A DNA stretch of 64,000 bases from an uncultured Acidobacteriota bacterium (GCA_963836075.1 CAWIIB010000009.1:2784001-2848000), one strand, 5' to 3'; counted from the first letter of the stretch, positions 43,542 through 54,146 are shown. Numbers and translations are program-made. Notes: a model not told the origin generated them from the letters alone.

Positions 43542-43743
43542 TTCAACCGGTTGAAATTCAAGGGAAAGTTGACCTCCAATCCACCATTATTTCGGTGATC
43601 CACCGTTTTTTCGGTTGAAATTCCACCGGAATTTCCGCAACCAATTCAAGCCGTGGATCAGGAACCCACCAGCAAATACCTGAAAATAAAACGATTGTGG
43701 GACGCGCCGGGAACAGAACGATCTCGCGGGTACGGATCGTGCA
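43542..43743 (+). promoter_or_regulatory. Divergent control region: palindrome, three TCCACC-N4-TTTC repeats and a candidate sigma54 -24/-12 promoter
   Basis: TTCAACCGGTTGAA at 43542-43555; repeats start at 43580, 43599 and 43622; GG-TACGGATCGT-GCA at 43729-43743. Confidence 0.55.
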
Positions 43744-43805
43744 GTAAACAGGACGTGCAATCAAAAACCGGAGGATTCGGAATAAGCTCCATTGGGGGAG
43801 GGTGA

Positions 43806-44807
43806 GTGCGCTTCATGAGAATCAATGTGGCACTGTTTGGAGGTCTGGGAATATTGATCCTGCTGGCCGCTTTTGCCGTAACCCGTGGGCTCCCGTCGAC
43901 TGAACAGGACACGATCTATATCCTGATTTTCGGGGCGGCGGTTTTCGGGTTTGTGCTGTCCCAGAAGAAAAAGCTGGAGCGGAAGGAAGAATACAGCCGG
44001 ATGCTCGAGGTCCAGGTGCGGGAACGAACAGAGGAACTGGCCGAGCGCAACAAGGAACTCGAAGTGTTGAACGAGAAGTTCCTCGATGCCAGTCTCACCG
44101 ACCCGCTCACCGGCCTGTGGAACAGGCGCTACTTCTTCGAGCATATCGAGCAGGAAATTGGCGCCGTTCGGAGGCGCTTCGATCAGGCCTCGCGAACCGG
44201 CACCAAAGTCGACGATTCCGAACTGCTGTTCATGATGATCGACATCGATATCTTAAAGCAGGTCAATGACACCTATGGCCACGCCGCGGGCGACCGCGTG
44301 ATCCTGGCCTTCCGCGACGTGATGAGAGAAACCTGCCGCGACTCGGACATCCTGATCCGATGGGGTGGTGATGAGTTCCTGCTGCTGGGGCGTGGTTCGG
44401 ACCTGGGGAAGGCGCACAAACTTGCCGAGCGGCTCCGCTCCCGGATCATGGCCCACCCAGTGATGCTGGAGAACGGCCACACCGTGCAGGCCACCTGTTC
44501 CATCGGCTTCGCCTGCTTCCCCTTTCTCCGCTCACGGCCCCACCTCCATTCCTGGGGCAACGTGCTGCACCTTGCCGATACCGCTCTCTTCGTGGCCAAG
44601 AGAACCGGCCGCAACGCCTGGGTCGGTTTCCTGGGCGAGCAGCCCACCCTGGACGACGAGTCGGTGAGGAGCTGCGAAATCCTCTACGACAAGTTTCCGG
44701 AGAGTACGGTTCAGGGCGTTTGCACATCAATCCCCGGGGACACGGTGCTGATCTGGCCGGACAGTGAACAGACGAGGATGGACGACGAGATCCACAAGGT
44801 TTCCTGA
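43806..44807 (+). CDS. Membrane-anchored diguanylate cyclase
   Basis: Two short TM segments, coiled coil, TDPLTGLWNRR, NDTYGHAAGD, RDSD I-site, intact WGGDEF. Confidence 0.9.
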   Translation: MRFMRINVALFGGLGILILLAAFAVTRGLPSTEQDTIYILIFGAAVFGFVLSQKKKLERKEEYSRMLEVQVRERTEELAERNKELEVLNEKFLDASLTDPLTGLWNRRYFFEHIEQEIGAVRRRFDQASRTGTKVDDSELLFMMIDIDILKQVNDTYGHAAGDRVILAFRDVMRETCRDSDILIRWGGDEFLLLGRGSDLGKAHKLAERLRSRIMAHPVMLENGHTVQATCSIGFACFPFLRSRPHLHSWGNVLHLADTALFVAKRTGRNAWVGFLGEQPTLDDESVRSCEILYDKFPESTVQGVCTSIPGDTVLIWPDSEQTRMDDEIHKVS

Positions 44808-44849
44808 ATCCCGGCCCGCCACCCCGACTCCTTCAATCCGTAACCGTTC

Positions 44850-46967
44850 TCAGTCCAGCCCCCGTTTGGCCAGCAGCGGTTCGATGCTCGGCTCGGCCCC
44901 GCGAAACTTCCTGTAGAGCACCATGGCATCGTCGGACTTGCCTTTGGACAGGATGTTGGTCCTGAACGACTGGGCCGTCTTGCGGTCGAAGAGACTGGTC
45001 TCCCGGAAGGCCTGGAAGGCGTCGGCGTCCAGCACCTCGGCCCAGACGTAGCTGTAGTACCCCGCAGCGTACATGCTGGAGAAGATGTGCCGGAAGTAGG
45101 TGGTGCGGTAACGGGGGAGAATCTCCGGGATCAGGCCGATACGGTCCATGGAGGCCTTTTCGAACTTCAGCACATCGGGGGCCTTGGCCTTGTCCAGGGT
45201 GTGCCAGTCCATGTCGAGGTAGCAGGCGGCGAGGTACTCCACGGTCTTGAAGCCCTGGTTGAAGTTGCGGGCGCTCTCCAGCTTGGCCACCAGTTCCAGG
45301 GGAATCACGTCCCCGGTCTGGTAGTGTTTGGCGTAGATGGCCAGCACTTCCGGTTTGAAGGCCCAGTTTTCCATGATCTGGGAGGGCAGTTCCACAAAGT
45401 CGATGGCCACGTCGGTGCCCGAGAGTCCGTCGTAGGTGATGTCGGAGAGCAGGCCGTGCAGGGCATGGCCGAACTCGTGGAACAGGGTCAGCACCTCGTC
45501 GACGCTGATCAGCGACGGCGTGTCCGCGGTGGGCTTGGAGAAGTTGCCCACGTTGTAGATCACCGGGGTGATCATCTTCCCCTCACGGCGCGACTGCTTG
45601 CGGAAGGCGTTCATCCAGGCGCCGCCCCGCTTGCCCGCCCTGGGGTAGTAGTCGGTGAACAGGATGCCGATGTGCGAGCCGTCGGCATCCTTGACCTCGA
45701 AGACCTTGACGTCCTCGTGGTAGGTGGCGATGTCGGCCCGTTCGCTGAACTGCAGGCCATACAGTTTTGTCGCCACGGCAAAGACGCCGTCGATCACGTT
45801 TTCCAGCTTGAAGTAGGGGCGCAGTTCCTCTTCGTCCAGGTCATATTTTGCCTTGCGCAGCTTCTCGGCGTAGTACCACCAGTCCCAGGAGGCCAGCTGG
45901 AATTCGAAGCCGTCGGCCTGCACCAGTTTTTGCATCTCGGCCACTTCCTGCTTGGCCACCTTGATCGCCGGGGCCCAGATCTGGTCCAGCAGCTTGTAGA
46001 CGTTTTCCGGTTTCTCGGCCATGTTCTCGTCAAGCTGGTAGTCGGCATAGGTGGGGAAGCCGAGCAGGCTGGCCTTCCTGAACCGCAGAACGGCAATTTT
46101 GGAGAGGATTTCCTTGTTGTCCCGGTCGTTGCCGTTGTTGCCCATCATCATCACCGCGGTGTAGATCTTTTCCCGCAGGTCGCGCCGCTGGGAATACTGG
46201 AGGAAGGGGATCCAGCTCGGCTTGTGCAGGGTGATGACCCACTTGCCCTTGTGGCCCCGTTCCCTGGCCGCCTCGGCCGCGGCGGCCACCACACCCTCGG
46301 GCAGTCCGGCCAGGTCCTCCTTCTCCAGCACCATCTCGAATGAGTTGGTTTCCTCGAGGAGGTTCTCGCCGAACTTGTTGGTCAGCACCGAGAGCTCCTC
46401 GTTGATCGCCCGCAGCTTCGTCTTGTCCTCGCCTTCGAGGTTCGCCCCGCCCCGGACGAAGTCGTTGTAGTACTTCTCCAGCAGCTTCTGCTGCTCCACG
46501 GTCAGCGGCAGGTCATCCTTTATCGCCTCCACCGCCTTGATCCGCTGGAACAGCGCCTGGTTCAGCTTGATGTCGTCCCGGTGCCGGGAGAGCAGCGGGG
46601 CCACCTCCTTGGCGATTGCCTGCATCTGGTCGTTGGTGTTGGCCGAGTTGAGGTTGTAAAAGGTTTTGGAGACCCGGTAGAGCAACGGCCCGCTCTCGTC
46701 CAGCGCCACGAGGGTGTTGCCGAAGGTGGGCGGCTCGGGGTTCGAGGCGATGGCCTCGATTTCAGCCGCATGATGCTCCATCCCGGCCTTGAAGGCGGGC
46801 ATGAAATGCTCTTCCTCGATCAGCGGGAAAGGAGGCACGCCAAAGGGGGTATTCCAGTCCGACAGCAGGGGGTTTGTCTTCACGGTCGCCTCCTCGGCCG
46901 CCCCCAGGCTGATCCCTGAGGCCAGCAGCACGAGAATCAGAATCGCGGGCAGAAATCTGATGGTCAT
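44850..46967 (-). CDS. dcp: Peptidyl-dipeptidase Dcp, M3 metallopeptidase with signal peptide
   Basis: KRGGAWM, FHEFGHALH, DFVELPSQIMENW, YAAGYYSYVWAEVLDAD. Confidence 0.9.
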   Translation of the reverse strand: MTIRFLPAILILVLLASGISLGAAEEATVKTNPLLSDWNTPFGVPPFPLIEEEHFMPAFKAGMEHHAAEIEAIASNPEPPTFGNTLVALDESGPLLYRVSKTFYNLNSANTNDQMQAIAKEVAPLLSRHRDDIKLNQALFQRIKAVEAIKDDLPLTVEQQKLLEKYYNDFVRGGANLEGEDKTKLRAINEELSVLTNKFGENLLEETNSFEMVLEKEDLAGLPEGVVAAAAEAARERGHKGKWVITLHKPSWIPFLQYSQRRDLREKIYTAVMMMGNNGNDRDNKEILSKIAVLRFRKASLLGFPTYADYQLDENMAEKPENVYKLLDQIWAPAIKVAKQEVAEMQKLVQADGFEFQLASWDWWYYAEKLRKAKYDLDEEELRPYFKLENVIDGVFAVATKLYGLQFSERADIATYHEDVKVFEVKDADGSHIGILFTDYYPRAGKRGGAWMNAFRKQSRREGKMITPVIYNVGNFSKPTADTPSLISVDEVLTLFHEFGHALHGLLSDITYDGLSGTDVAIDFVELPSQIMENWAFKPEVLAIYAKHYQTGDVIPLELVAKLESARNFNQGFKTVEYLAACYLDMDWHTLDKAKAPDVLKFEKASMDRIGLIPEILPRYRTTYFRHIFSSMYAAGYYSYVWAEVLDADAFQAFRETSLFDRKTAQSFRTNILSKGKSDDAMVLYRKFRGAEPSIEPLLAKRGLD

Positions 46968-47165
46968 TTGTATTCTCCTGAAAAGCGTTTTTTCACCGAA
47001 CCGGGATTCTATACGAAATCTGCGCCACCGTCATCAGTGGTCGGCCTAAATGAGGGACAGGTGCTATTTATCCGAACATTTTTCGCATGGACTGTTGAGG
47101 GACGATCATTCGAGTGTAACTGGTTGACCGCATATCGAAGAGAATTTGGTCTCGGGTGTTGACGG

Positions 47166-48695
47166 CTAATCGAGGGCCGGTGTGGGCGAGGGGAGTGGCG
47201 CCTCGGAGGGCGGGCCCTGGGCCGCGCTGTCCGCTTCCCGTTCCAGTATCCGCCTGGTGATGATCGGTACGGAAAGGATGATCCAGAAGGTCGGCTTGCC
47301 CGCCGCCTCCAGCGTGGCCGCGCCCAGGAAATAGAGCGGAATGATCAGGGTCATCGCCTCGGTCAGGCTCCAGAGGAAGGTGCCTTCCTTGTCCCTGAGC
47401 AGCCGCCGGCTGATCAGCAGATCCCTGATGCAGAGCCCCATCAGCAGGGCAAAAATCAGGAACCCGATGATGCCGGTTTCACCGATCAGCTCCACATACT
47501 GGTTGTGTGCCCGGTAGCCGACACCTCTGAGGTTCCGGGCCACGTATCCGCGGGATTCCGTTTTTGAGGTCAGGTAGGGGATGTTCCCCGGCCCCACGCC
47601 GAAAATCGGGTTCATGGCCACCAGTTTGGGCAGCATCAGGGTCAGGCCGATCCGGTTGCTGATCGACCGGTCCTCACTGAGGTTCAGCCCTTTCACTTCG
47701 GAGATGCTGCTGAACCGGTCCACCACCCGCTCGGTGGCCAGCACGCTGAGAACCAGCAGCAGCACGGCTCCCCCGATGGCGATACGCCGCCACCCGATCC
47801 GCTTTCTGTAGCGGATCAGATACACGATGGTGGCCAGAATAAACAGGATCATGCCGGTTCTGGAGAGGGTCTGGGAGAGCAGGAACAGGAACAGAAAGAT
47901 AAAGAAAATGATCAGTCCCCGGTGCCAGGGACGGAGATCTTTCCACCAGAGCATGATGGCCAGTGTGAAAATGCAGAGCACCACCACCACGGCGTAGTTG
48001 TTCGGCTCCATGCCGTTCATCCCGCCGGCGCGGAAGGTCTGCGTCGCTTCCAGTCCCGACCCGTAATATCTCCCGGTGGTGAAGAGCTTGGAAGTGGTGA
48101 GCCGGGCGCCGATCATGGAGATCATCCCGCTGGCGGCCAGCAGAGCGATATAGCTCAGAAACATGAAGCCCAGCTGTTTCCTGTTGTCGATCAACTGGTA
48201 GATGAGGAAGAAGAGCAGGAAGTTGCCGATGAACTGGGGATACATGTGCATGGCGTAGGTCTTGTCCAGGGCCAGCAGTGCGCAGAGGGAGAACCAGATG
48301 CAGAACAGCAGGGCGACCCGGTTCTGGTCGTGGCGATGGAACGGGCCCCAGGTTTTCAGGACGAAGCGGTGCAGCAGCAGGCAGAGCAGGACCCAGAAGA
48401 CCAGGGCGCGGTTGACGGTGAAAAAGGGAATGGTGCCCACCACGAAGGCGAACAGCCGTTTGATGGTCAGCAGCAGGATCGCGGTGATGATGCCCCAGGT
48501 GGGCCGGAAGAAGAACAGCAGCAGCACCCCGGCCGCCACGAAGGGCAGCAGGATCAGGGGAATGGAGATGGAAAAGACCGCGGCCAGGGCCAGGAAAACA
48601 CCGACCAGCGCCAGGACCAGCCAGCCGGTGCCCTTCATGGTGCCGGCCGGTTCGCCCGTCAGGTTGGCCAAAGCGTTGTCTATCCGCTCCTGCAC
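47166..48695 (-). CDS. O-antigen ligase/Wzy-like membrane protein
   Basis: Many TM segments; RAGG..EPN, TLSRTG, PIFGVGPGN, AHNQYVELIGETGIIG. Confidence 0.8.
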   Translation of the reverse strand: MQERIDNALANLTGEPAGTMKGTGWLVLALVGVFLALAAVFSISIPLILLPFVAAGVLLLFFFRPTWGIITAILLLTIKRLFAFVVGTIPFFTVNRALVFWVLLCLLLHRFVLKTWGPFHRHDQNRVALLFCIWFSLCALLALDKTYAMHMYPQFIGNFLLFFLIYQLIDNRKQLGFMFLSYIALLAASGMISMIGARLTTSKLFTTGRYYGSGLEATQTFRAGGMNGMEPNNYAVVVVLCIFTLAIMLWWKDLRPWHRGLIIFFIFLFLFLLSQTLSRTGMILFILATIVYLIRYRKRIGWRRIAIGGAVLLLVLSVLATERVVDRFSSISEVKGLNLSEDRSISNRIGLTLMLPKLVAMNPIFGVGPGNIPYLTSKTESRGYVARNLRGVGYRAHNQYVELIGETGIIGFLIFALLMGLCIRDLLISRRLLRDKEGTFLWSLTEAMTLIIPLYFLGAATLEAAGKPTFWIILSVPIITRRILEREADSAAQGPPSEAPLPSPTPALD

Positions 48696-48913
48696 GATGG
48701 CCCTCCGCTCATGGCCGGAAGTGATTGCTTGCCAAGAGGTTGAATGTGTTGGTTTTCATATCGGAGCTATTATAGCAAATCTTTACCGGAAAGACCGCCT
48801 GCTTTTTTGCACCGGACCCATTTGACTCTTTTTGCTTCCTCCTGTTTTAATGCACTTTCCTGGCCCGCACGGCGGCCGCCCGGGACGGCGAACCAACCAA
48901 CGAGGAGAAGACG

Positions 48914-50104
48914 ATGAGTGTCGACATCAAACGTGAAGACCTGGAGAAATGGGCCGACTACCTGATCAACCACTCCATGGGCGGGGTGGGCCCGGGGGAC
49001 GTGGTGATGGTCAAGGGTGAGCACGTCTGCTGGCCGCTGATGTCGATCCTGCAGGACAAGATCTTCGCCGCCGGGGCCATCGTGGATCTCAACCTGGTGG
49101 CGCCGGACAACGACCGGGGCAAGGTCTGGGGGGCCTCCATGGCCCGTCACGGCAGCCTGGAGCAGATCGCGCAGGTGCCGGAATGGCAGATGCAGCGCTA
49201 CGAGGCGATGAACAAGTACATCGAGGTGCTGGGCGCCGAATCCCCCGAGCTGTTCGACAACCAGCCGGACGAGCTGGCCATGGCGGTGATGCGGGCCGAC
49301 GAACCGACGAAGACGGTCCGGCTGCTCAAGCAGTGGGTGATCACCCTCTATCCCACCCAGGGCTTCGCCGACATGGAGGAGATGAGCCTCGCCGACTACA
49401 CCGACGTGATCGTCTCCGCTTCCACCGTGGACCCCAAGCTGCTGGAGACCATCGAGGAGCCGATCCACCGGGCGATGACCGAGGCCGAAACCATCCGCCT
49501 GGTGACCCAGCACCCGGCCAGCGGCAAGAGCCTGGAGCTGTCGATGAACATCGGCGGGCGCAACGTGGTCATGTGCACCGGCCTGCGCAACTTCCCCGAC
49601 GGCGAGGTCTTCACCAGCCCCGATGCCCGCACCGTGGAGGGCGAGGTCTACGTCGACATGCCGGTCTTCCAGGGCGGCACCACCATCCAGGGGATCTACC
49701 TGCGGTTCGAGAAGGGCGTGATCCAGGAATACTCGGCGGAGAAGGGGAGTGAGGCGCTGGCCAAGATCATCGAGACCGACGAGGGCTCCCACCGGCTGGG
49801 CGAGGTGGCCCTGGGGATGAACTCGGGGATCAAGGAGGTGCTGCGCCACCCGCTCTTCGTGGAGAAGGTGGGGGGGACGGCGCACATCGCCATCGGCTCC
49901 AGCTATCCCGAGGCCTACGTGGATGACCCGTCCTCGGACTCCGGAAAGAAGGAGTGCGACCAGCTCCACGCCCGGGGTCTGCTCAACCGCTCGGCCCAGC
50001 ACGTGGACGTGGTCACCGACTTCCGGCCCGGCGGCACCGGCCGCGAGGTCTGGCTGGACAACACCCGGTTGTCTATCCGTGACGGCATCTGGGTGGTGGC
50101 CTGA
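48914..50104 (+). CDS. M29 aminopeptidase (AmpS/AmpT-like)
   Basis: NFPDGEVFTSP, DEGSHRLGEVALG, EKVGGTAHIAIGSSY, NRSAQHVD. Confidence 0.88.
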   Translation: MSVDIKREDLEKWADYLINHSMGGVGPGDVVMVKGEHVCWPLMSILQDKIFAAGAIVDLNLVAPDNDRGKVWGASMARHGSLEQIAQVPEWQMQRYEAMNKYIEVLGAESPELFDNQPDELAMAVMRADEPTKTVRLLKQWVITLYPTQGFADMEEMSLADYTDVIVSASTVDPKLLETIEEPIHRAMTEAETIRLVTQHPASGKSLELSMNIGGRNVVMCTGLRNFPDGEVFTSPDARTVEGEVYVDMPVFQGGTTIQGIYLRFEKGVIQEYSAEKGSEALAKIIETDEGSHRLGEVALGMNSGIKEVLRHPLFVEKVGGTAHIAIGSSYPEAYVDDPSSDSGKKECDQLHARGLLNRSAQHVDVVTDFRPGGTGREVWLDNTRLSIRDGIWVVA

Positions 50105-50107
50105 GAC

Positions 50108-51475
50108 ATGGCCGGGGCCGGCGTCCGGACAACGCTGCTGCGCCGGCTGGCGGCCAGCCTGCTGCTCTGCGCCGTGGCCTGCACCACGGCGCCGGATCAT
50201 GCCGCCCGCAACGGTGAAGACAGCGGTTTCATCACCGTCTCCGGCACCCGCTTCCTCATCCACGGCAGGCCGTACCGCTTTGCCGGCGTCAACTGCTGGT
50301 ACGGGATGAACCTCGCCTCGCCGGGGCCGGGAGGGGACCGGGCGCGGCTGGACCGGGAACTGGACCTGCTGCGTGACCTGGGGGTGACCAACCTGCGGGT
50401 GATGGCCGGCTCGGAGGGCCCGGACAGCGAACCCTGGCGGGTGGTCCCCGCGCTTCAGCCCGCCCCCGGCGTGTATGACCCGCAGCTGCTTGACGGCCTC
50501 GACTACCTGCTGGCCGCGGCGGCCCGGCGGGATCTGCGCCTCGTCCTCTGTCTCAACAACTTCTGGCCCTGGACCGGCGGCATGGCCCAGTATGTGGCCT
50601 GGGACAGCGGCGAGGCCATACCCTATCCAGCGGGGCCGGAGGCGGACTGGGGCCGCTACCAGGCCTTTGCCGCCCGGTTCTATTCCAGCGCCGGGGCCCG
50701 CGAGGCCTTCCGGCAGCACATTGCCGCCATTGTCCAGCGGGTCAACATCCACACCGGCATGGCCTATTGCGACGACCCGGTGATCATGGCCTGGGAGCTG
50801 GCCAACGAGCCGCGGGGCATGGGCAACGCGGAGGCGTTCAATGCCTGGATCGACGAGACGGCGGCCTACGTGAAATCTCTCGATCCGCGCCACCTGGTGA
50901 CCGCCGGCAGCGAAGGGGAGACGCCTCTGCCGCTGGTCAACGGTCTCGACTTCACTGCGAACCACGACGGGCCGGACATCGACTATGCCACGGTCCACAT
51001 CTGGCCCCAGAACTGGGGCTGGTACGATCCGCTGCAGCCGGAGGCAACCTGGCCCGGCGCCGAATCGCGGTCGCTGGAGTACCTGGAGCAGCACACAATG
51101 CTGGCCGCGGAGCTGGGGAAACCGCTGGTGCTGGAGGAGTTCGGCCTGGCCCGGGACAACGGCAGCTTCGATCCCGCCTCGTCCACCGGCCGCCGGGACG
51201 CCTTTTTCGCCACCATGTTCGCTGTGCTGGAAGCCGGCGCCGCTACAGCCGGCCCGCTGGCCGGCTGCAACATCTGGGCCTGGGCCGGCGAGGGGCTTCC
51301 GGCCCGTCCCGGCGGCCACTGGCGGGCCGGGGACCCCTGGACCGGCGACCCGCCCCACGAGCGCCAGGGCTGGTACGGCGTGTACAGCACTGATGCCGCC
51401 ACCCTGGCCTTGGTCCGCGGCGCAGCCCCGTTGCCGTCTCCCCGGGGCGCCCCCACCCCCACAATCGGCCATTGA
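50108..51475 (+). CDS. GH5 endo-beta-1,4-mannanase-like lipoprotein
   Basis: Lipobox AVAC; NFWPWTGGM, WELANEPR (acid/base), HIWP, KPLVLEEFG (nucleophile), GDPPHE.QGWY. Confidence 0.85.
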   Translation: MAGAGVRTTLLRRLAASLLLCAVACTTAPDHAARNGEDSGFITVSGTRFLIHGRPYRFAGVNCWYGMNLASPGPGGDRARLDRELDLLRDLGVTNLRVMAGSEGPDSEPWRVVPALQPAPGVYDPQLLDGLDYLLAAAARRDLRLVLCLNNFWPWTGGMAQYVAWDSGEAIPYPAGPEADWGRYQAFAARFYSSAGAREAFRQHIAAIVQRVNIHTGMAYCDDPVIMAWELANEPRGMGNAEAFNAWIDETAAYVKSLDPRHLVTAGSEGETPLPLVNGLDFTANHDGPDIDYATVHIWPQNWGWYDPLQPEATWPGAESRSLEYLEQHTMLAAELGKPLVLEEFGLARDNGSFDPASSTGRRDAFFATMFAVLEAGAATAGPLAGCNIWAWAGEGLPARPGGHWRAGDPWTGDPPHERQGWYGVYSTDAATLALVRGAAPLPSPRGAPTPTIGH

Positions 51476-51515
51476 CCCGCGACCCATCCCCGCCTATAAT
51501 TACAGCATTAATGCT
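51472..51515 (+). promoter_or_regulatory. Sigma70 promoter with a palindromic operator candidate
   Basis: TTGACC-17 bp-TATAAT (51472-51500), then the perfect palindrome AGCATTAATGCT (51504-51515). Confidence 0.7.
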
Positions 51516-51541
51516 ATCTCATTGACGTCTAGGGAGTTACG

Positions 51542-52753
51542 ATGAACATTCGGCTCCTGCTGGCCATTGTCATCATCTCCGTCGTGGCCATTCTGGGCTC
51601 GCGGATCATCAGCCGCGGGCGGCGTCTGCCCTTGGGGCTGAACCACCTGCTGATCAGCGGCACCGCCTACATCTTCCTCGGCATGGCCCTGGGACGGTCG
51701 GGTCTAGACGTCTTTGACCAGGCCACCCTGACCCAGCTGCAGCCGGCCCTTCTCTTTGCCCTGGCCTGGATCGGCTTTCTATTCGGCCTGCAGTTCGAGG
51801 TGCGGCAGCTGCGCGGTCTGCCGCGGTTCTATTTCTCCATCACCGCGGTGCAGGCTCTGATCACCTTCGTGGTGGTCACCGTGCCGGTCTACCTGCTGCT
51901 GGACTGGCACTACCCGTCGTCATCGCCACTCTTTCTGCTCTCCCAGGCCGTGATTCTCGGCAGCACCGCCTGCTGCTCGGCCCAGTCAGCGCTGGCCATT
52001 GCTGCCCAGTCGCGCGACCTGGCCAACCGCCCGCTGCTGCAGCTGCTGCGCTATATCTCCAGCGTCGACGGCCTGTTCGGGCTCTTCTTCTTCGCCCTGG
52101 CCGTCGGCGCCATGACCGGGGCGGCCGGCCCCGGCTCGCTGGCCGCGGCGGCCGTCCAGTGGCTCTTCGCCACCCTGTTGATGGCCGGTGCGCCGGCGCT
52201 GATCCTGGTGGTGCTCAGCCGCACCCGCCTGGTTCGCCAGGAATTCCCGCTCTTCCTGGTGGGGGCGGTGATGCTCTGCGCCGGCATGGCCCACACCATC
52301 CACCACACCCCGCTGATCTCGGGCATGATCTGCGGGGTGCTGGTGGCCAACTTCAGCCGGCACCGCCTCCGTGCCCTGGCGGTGGTGATGCCCTCGGAGA
52401 AGCCGATCTACATCATCCTGCTGCTGATCATCGGCGCCGGCTGGCGCCTCTCCCTCGGTTTCAGCATTGTGGTGCTGGCGGTCTATTTCATCCTGCGGCT
52501 GCTGGGCAAACTGGTGGGGGTCCGGGCGGCCACCCTCGTCTTCCGGCCCCAGTACCCGGTGCCCGGGCGGCTTGGCCTGGGCCTGGTCTCCGAGGGGGGG
52601 CTGGCCATCGCCATCATCGTCAGCTTCCGCCTGCTCCACGCATCGGCCATGACCGACGCCATGGTCACCATCATCATCTTCTCGGTGCTCATCGGCGAGC
52701 TGGTGGGGCCGCGGCTGATTCTCGACCTCTTCAGCAGGGAGGAGAGGGGATGA
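51542..52753 (+). CDS. Cation:proton antiporter-like membrane protein 1
   Basis: About 12 TM segments; WIGFLFGLQFE, SSVDG, RLLGKLVG, GLVSEGGLAI, ELVGP. Confidence 0.7.
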   Translation: MNIRLLLAIVIISVVAILGSRIISRGRRLPLGLNHLLISGTAYIFLGMALGRSGLDVFDQATLTQLQPALLFALAWIGFLFGLQFEVRQLRGLPRFYFSITAVQALITFVVVTVPVYLLLDWHYPSSSPLFLLSQAVILGSTACCSAQSALAIAAQSRDLANRPLLQLLRYISSVDGLFGLFFFALAVGAMTGAAGPGSLAAAAVQWLFATLLMAGAPALILVVLSRTRLVRQEFPLFLVGAVMLCAGMAHTIHHTPLISGMICGVLVANFSRHRLRALAVVMPSEKPIYIILLLIIGAGWRLSLGFSIVVLAVYFILRLLGKLVGVRAATLVFRPQYPVPGRLGLGLVSEGGLAIAIIVSFRLLHASAMTDAMVTIIIFSVLIGELVGPRLILDLFSREERG

Positions 52754-54070
52754 CTCACCGCCTGCTCATCCTGCTCATCGCCACCGGCTGCATGCTGGCC
52801 GTGGGCCTCCAGGAACTGCCCGGCGGCGGGGCGCCGGCCCACTCGATCATGGTGCTCGGTTTCCTGCTCATCGCCGCCTACTGCATCGGCTACCTCGGCG
52901 AGAAGCTGTCGCTGCCCCGGATCACCGGCTACATCATCGCCGGCCTGGTCCTCGGCCCGCACTGCTTCGGCCTGATCGACCAGTACGCCATCGCCGACCT
53001 CGACTTCCTCAACAGCCTGGCCCTGGCCTTCATCGCCTTCTGCGCCGGCGGCGAACTGCAGCTGGAGAGCATCCGCAAGCGGATCAAATCGATCTCACTG
53101 ATTCTGGTCGGCAACACCCTGGTGATCCTCATCGGGGTCACCGGGATGGTACTGGCTGCGGCACCCCTGGTCCCGTTCATGAAAGATCAGCCGTTCGGCG
53201 TCCGCCTGGCCATGGCCGCGATCATCGGTGTCATCTCCACGGCTCGTTCGCCATCATCGGTGATTGCGGTGATCAGCGAGACAAGGGCCCGGGGACCGTT
53301 CAGCAGGTACCGTGCTCTCGGTGACCATCGCCACCGACGTGATCGTGATTCTTCTTTTTGGAATCGTGATTTCTTTCAGCCACGCCCTGTTTGAACCAGG
53401 GGGCACGATGAGCCTTGGCTTGATCCTTAACCTGCTGGTGGAGATCGTGATCACACTCTCCCTCGGTTACCTGTTGGGCCGGGGGATCATCCTCCTGATC
53501 CGCAACCTCGGGGCGGAGCTGCCGATCATCATCGCCGCCACCGGCTTCCTGGTGATCAAGTCCTGCCACCTGTTCAGCGACTATCTCTACTCGATCCACG
53601 AGATCAGCCTGCACCTCGAGCCGCTGTTGATTTGCATGGCCGCCGGCTTCACCGTGCAGAACTTCTCCAGCAAGGGCGAGTCGTTCCTGGAGAGCATGGA
53701 CCGGGTGTCGCTGCCGATCTACGTCGGCTTCTTCGCCGTCACCGGGGCGATGATCGACCTCGACATGCTGCGGGCCGGCTGGCTGCTGGGCCTGCTGGTC
53801 GTCGCCTCACGGGGGCTGATGGTATGGCTTGGATCCCTGGCCGGTAGCGGCGCTGCCGGAGATCCACCCCTGACCCGCAACCATCTATGGCTCGGCTTCA
53901 TCACCCAGGCCGGGGTGAGCCTCGGCCTGGTGGCCGAAGTGGTTCGGCGGTTCCCCGAAGTCGGGCTCTACCTGCAGAGCATCCTCATCGCGGCGATCAC
54001 CGTGAACCAGGTGATCGGGCCGGTACTGTTCAAATACTCCTTGCGCAAGACCGGAGAAGCCAACCGGTAG
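52750..54070 (+). CDS. Cation:proton antiporter 2 (+1 frameshift at ~53305)
   Basis: ATGA-coupled start MTHRLL; LPRITGYIIAGLVLGP, IAFCAGGEL, ARSPSS; continues in ORF 53312-54070 (TIATD, FFAVTGA, TQAGVSLGL, NQVIGP). Confidence 0.78.
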
Positions 54071-54146
54071 TGCACTGAGTTGTTGGATTTTTAACCGTGG
54101 AGTGCTAGATTAGCGGGCAGCGGAACCAGCGGGGAGATCCTCAGCC

